64,000 nt of DNA from Candidatus Eiseniibacteriota bacterium (lineage in GTDB: Bacteria > Eisenbacteria > RBG-16-71-46 > CAVPCR01), in the NCBI GenBank assembly GCA_963823555.1, contig CAWGMA010000001.1, forward strand, positions 2,240,103 through 2,304,102, in the 5' to 3' direction. How positions within the stretch are numbered: position 1 is the first letter of the stretch; every line of letters begins with the position of its first letter. Below are positions 60,965 to 64,000 of this stretch, one piece after another. The notes below the pieces were generated by a model. It searched no databases, was not told the DNA's origin, and saw only the letters and a list, made by a program, of their open reading frames with translations. The position numbers were made by a program, and so were the translations under genes.

Positions 60965-60966
60965 AT
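60904..60966 (+). other. attC recombination site 2
   Basis: GGCTAAC (exact complement of the cassette's own GTTAGCC) ... GTTAGAT; 26 bp identical to attC1 (60920-60945 vs 60086-60111). Confidence 0.82.
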
Positions 60967-61320
60967 GGCCAAAGACCCACCGCGGGGATGTCGGACACGT
61001 TTTCGAGCGACACCGCGCAATCGCGCCCAAAGCAGGTCAATGGGCTCTTCCGGGAATCGTGTGGGTAAACGGGTGCCGATCGGAGAGCCGTGGATACTGA
61101 CGCCCCGAAGCCCGGGGCTTGGACAGCGGCCCACTCTCTACCTCTCCCGTCAAGCCGCTGCCCACAGTCTCCACGGCTCCAACAACTTAGGAGCTGTCGC
61201 ATGATTTCCCCCGCCCCGGCCTTGAGGCGTCGGGCCCGGCGCGATCGGAGCCCTCGGGCGCTGGCTCCCTGGTTTCACCCACACGAAAGCCGGAAGAGCC
61301 GGTCAATGAGATAGGAAGCC

Positions 61321-63556
61321 ATGGCCATCAAGAAATCCGACCTCTACTCCTCCCTCTGGGCCTCGCTGCGACGAGCTGCGCGGCGGCATGGATGCCAGCC
61401 AGTACAAGGACTACGTCCTGTTCATGCTGTTCATCAAGTACATCACCGACAAGTACGGCAACAGCAACGACTTCGCCCCGCCGGTCACGATCCCCAAGGG
61501 CGCGAGCTTCAAGGACATGATCGCCCTCAAGGGCAAGAGCGACATCGGCGACAAGATCAACACGCAGATCATCCAGCCGCTCGATCGACGCCAACGCCCG
61601 GCTGGCCCGCAGCGACTTCCCCGACTTCAACGACCCCAACAAGCTCGGCGAGGGCCAGGCGATGGTCGATCGGCTGACCAACCTGATCGGCATCTTCGCA
61701 GAAGCCCGAGCTCGACTTCTCGCAGAACCGCGCCGAGCACGACGACATCCTCGGCGACGCCTACGAGTACCTGATGCGGCACTTCGCCACCGAGAGCGGC
61801 AAGAGCAAGGGGCAGTTCTACACGCCCGCCGAGGTCAGCCGCATCATCGCCAAGGTCATCGGCATCTCGCCGCGAGAACACGAAGGCGTCCACCACCGCC
61901 TACGACCCGACCTGCGGCTCGGGCTCGCTGCTCCTGAAGGTGGCCGCCGAGGCGGGCAAGCACATCACGCTCGAAGGGCAGGAGAAGGACGTGACCACCG
62001 CGGGTCTGGCCCGCATGAACATGATCCTGCACGACTTCCCGACGGCCAACATCCTCTCGGGCAACACGCTGGCCGCGCCCAAGTTCAAGGACGGCGAGCA
62101 GCTCCGCACCTACGACTACGTCGTCGCCAATCCGCCGTTCTCCGACAAGACCTGGACCACCGGCCTCACGCCGTCGAACGACCCCTTCCAGCGCTTCGCC
62201 TGGGGCGAGCCGCCCGCCAAGCAGGGCGACTACGCCTACCTGCTGCACATCATCCGCTCGATGAAGAGCACGGGCAAAGGCGCCTGCATCCTGCCCCACG
62301 GCGTGCTCTTCCGCGGCAATGCCGAGGCCGACGATCCGCCAGCAGCTCGTCCGCTCCGGCTACCTCAAGGGCATCATCGGCCTGCCCGCCAACCTCTTCT
62401 ACGGCACCGGCATCCCCGCCTGCATCGTGGTGCTCGACAAGGAGAACGCCGCCGGCCCGCAAGGGCGTCTTCATGATCGACGCCTCCAAGGGCTTCATCA
62501 AGGACGGCAACAAGAACCGCCTGCGCGAGCAGGACATCCACCGCATCGTCGACACCTTCACCAAGCAGGCCGACGTCCCGCGCTACGCCCGCATGGTGCC
62601 GCTGGACGAGATCGCCGACCCGAAGAACGACTTCAACCTCAACCTGCCGCGCTACATCGACAGCACCGAGCCCGAGGACCTGCAGGACATCGACGGCCAC
62701 CTGCGCGGCGGCATCCCGGAGCGCGATCTCGACGCGCTCGGCGCGTACTGGAAGGTGCTCCCCAGCGTGCGCGCCGCGCTGTTCGAGTCCGCGGGCCGCC
62801 CCGGCTACGCGCGCCTGAAGCTGCCGCTCGCCGAGGTGAAGCCCGCCATCCTCGGCCACGCCGAGTTCGCCGCCTTCCAGCAGACGGCGACGAAGCTCTT
62901 CGCCGACTGGCGCACAGGCCACGACGCCGCGCCTCACCGGCTTCGACAAGGACGGCCACCCCAAGGCGCTGATCGAGACCATCGCCGAGGATCTGCTGGC
63001 CGCCTTCCGCCAGGCGCCGCTGCTCGATGCCTACGACGTCTACCAGCACCTCATGGACTACTGGGCCGAGACCATGCAGGACGACGCCTACCTGATCGCC
63101 GCCGACGGCTGGGTGAAGGGCGCGCAGCCGCGCGAGATCGTTCAGGTCAAGGACAAGAACAACAAGCTCACCTGGCCGGAGCCGCACGACTACCTGAAGG
63201 GCAAGCGGCGCTTCAAGTCGGACCTCGTTCCCGCGCCGATTCTCGTCGCCCGCTACTTCGCCGCCGAGCGCGATGCCATCGAAGCGCTCGACAACCAGCT
63301 CGCCACGCTGGAGCAACAGCTCGACGAGATGCGCGAGGAGAACAGCGGCGAGGAAGGGCTGCTGGCCGAGGTGATCGAGGGCGAGGGCGACAAGCAGAAG
63401 ATCACCGCGAAGGCCGTGAAGGCGCGGCTGAAGGAGATCGGCAAAGACCCGCTCTACGCGGACGAGCGCGCGGCGCTCGAGGCGTACGCCGACCTGCTCG
63501 AGCAGCAGACCGAGGCCAAGGCCAAGCGCAAGGCCGCGCAGGAGGACCTGGACGCT
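61321..63556 (+). pseudogene. hsdM: Type I restriction-modification methyltransferase HsdM, frameshifted and apparently 3'-truncated
   Basis: MAIKKSDLYSSLW, LRGGMDASQYKDY, GDAYEYL, GQFYTP, YDPTCGSG, VANPPFS, LPHGVLFRG, FNLNLPRY. Similarity ends at AQEDLD and no hsdS/hsdR follows. Confidence 0.85.
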
Positions 63557-63758
63557 GGCCGGCATGACGATCGCCCCGCCACCTCCGGCTCTCGCCATGG
63601 CCGGCAGCTCATTGGTTACCCTTGTCGTGGTTTGCGGATTGGTCTGTTGGCACGGGAGGGTTCCCCGCGAAGGGCAGGCCTGATCCATAAGGCAGCAGGA
63701 GTTCCAGCAGCACCGCTTGTTTTGGGTGCGGCGGCATGGACTTCGTATTTTGCAAGGC

Positions 63759-64000
63759 TCAGCAATCGGTGTTTCCCTTGGGTTGCACCAGCTTGAACAG
63801 CTCGAACCACAGCACGCTGGCCAGCCCGGCAGCAAAGCTCAGCGCGAATTGCTGCGGGGAGATTATTCCGAAATGAAACACCTCGCGCAGGAAGGGAAGC
63901 ACCAGCGCCAGCAGGAGAAAGGCAAAGGCGCCGCCTGTTACCCACCACAGCGCGGGGTTGCGGTTGTTGAGCGTGCCCGGGAAGGTGTGCTGCCAGGAAC
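63759..64000 (-). CDS. C-terminal end of a cation-transporting P-type ATPase (partial)
   Basis: My translation SWQHTFPGTLNNRNPALWWVTGGAFAFLLLALVLPFLREVFHFG..AGLASVLWFELFK* resembles the last TM helices of Ca2+-type P-ATPases. Confidence 0.65.
   Translation of the reverse strand, partial: SWQHTFPGTLNNRNPALWWVTGGAFAFLLLALVLPFLREVFHFGIISPQQFALSFAAGLASVLWFELFKLVQPKGNTDC

Larger units (their letters stand above)
59667..60966 (+). mobile_element. Integron-type gene cassette array (two cassettes, no integrase in the window; CALIN-like)
   Basis: GTTRRRY cores at 59667 (GTTAGGC), 60123 (GTTAGCC) and 60960 (GTTAGAT); two related attC hairpins; single lower-GC ORFs between them. Confidence 0.8.

Noticed and set aside
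60967..61320. Third integron cassette
   Set aside because: There is no convincing ORF and no matching ATCTAAC/attC downstream.
59282..64000. tRNA-integrated prophage or ICE
   Set aside because: The accessory DNA lies on the 5' side of the tRNA. I saw no integrase and no duplicated tRNA 3' end.

Overview
High-GC bacterial chromosomal window that is almost fully coding. FlgD-Ig-type C-terminal domains, gingipain-like C25 proteases and a C-terminal PVEP.TWG.IK..Y motif suggest an uncultured FCB-related lineage such as Ca. Eisenbacteria or Krumholzibacteriota (inference only). From left to right it contains: (1) a nucleotide/polyphosphate block with a HAD hydrolase, 5'-nucleotidase, tandem-domain ThyX, Ppx/GppA, two adjacent dTMP-kinase paralogues, SixA and an HD dNTPase; (2) archaeal-type PheRS; (3) two paralogous secreted PKD proteins with different C-terminal signals; (4) a ketosynthase-AcpS-acyl ligase-ACP-Kbl-acylating aldehyde dehydrogenase cluster; (5) C25 proteases; (6) topoisomerase VI whose B subunit carries a LAGLIDADG intein; (7) a DUF222-HNH gene associated with four parS-like palindromes and a short periodic repeat array; (8) a divergent ECF sigma/zinc anti-sigma/exported TPR-CHAT module; (9) hflKC; (10) a histone-like Lys/Ala-rich region apparently fused to Bcp; (11) tRNA-Trp; (12) a two-cassette attC array with no integrase in view; (13) a truncated type I hsdM abutting the tail of a P-type ATPase. 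Several conserved genes carry clustered single-base indels that look like sequencing or assembly errors. All calls come from motif recognition by eye; no database searches were run.
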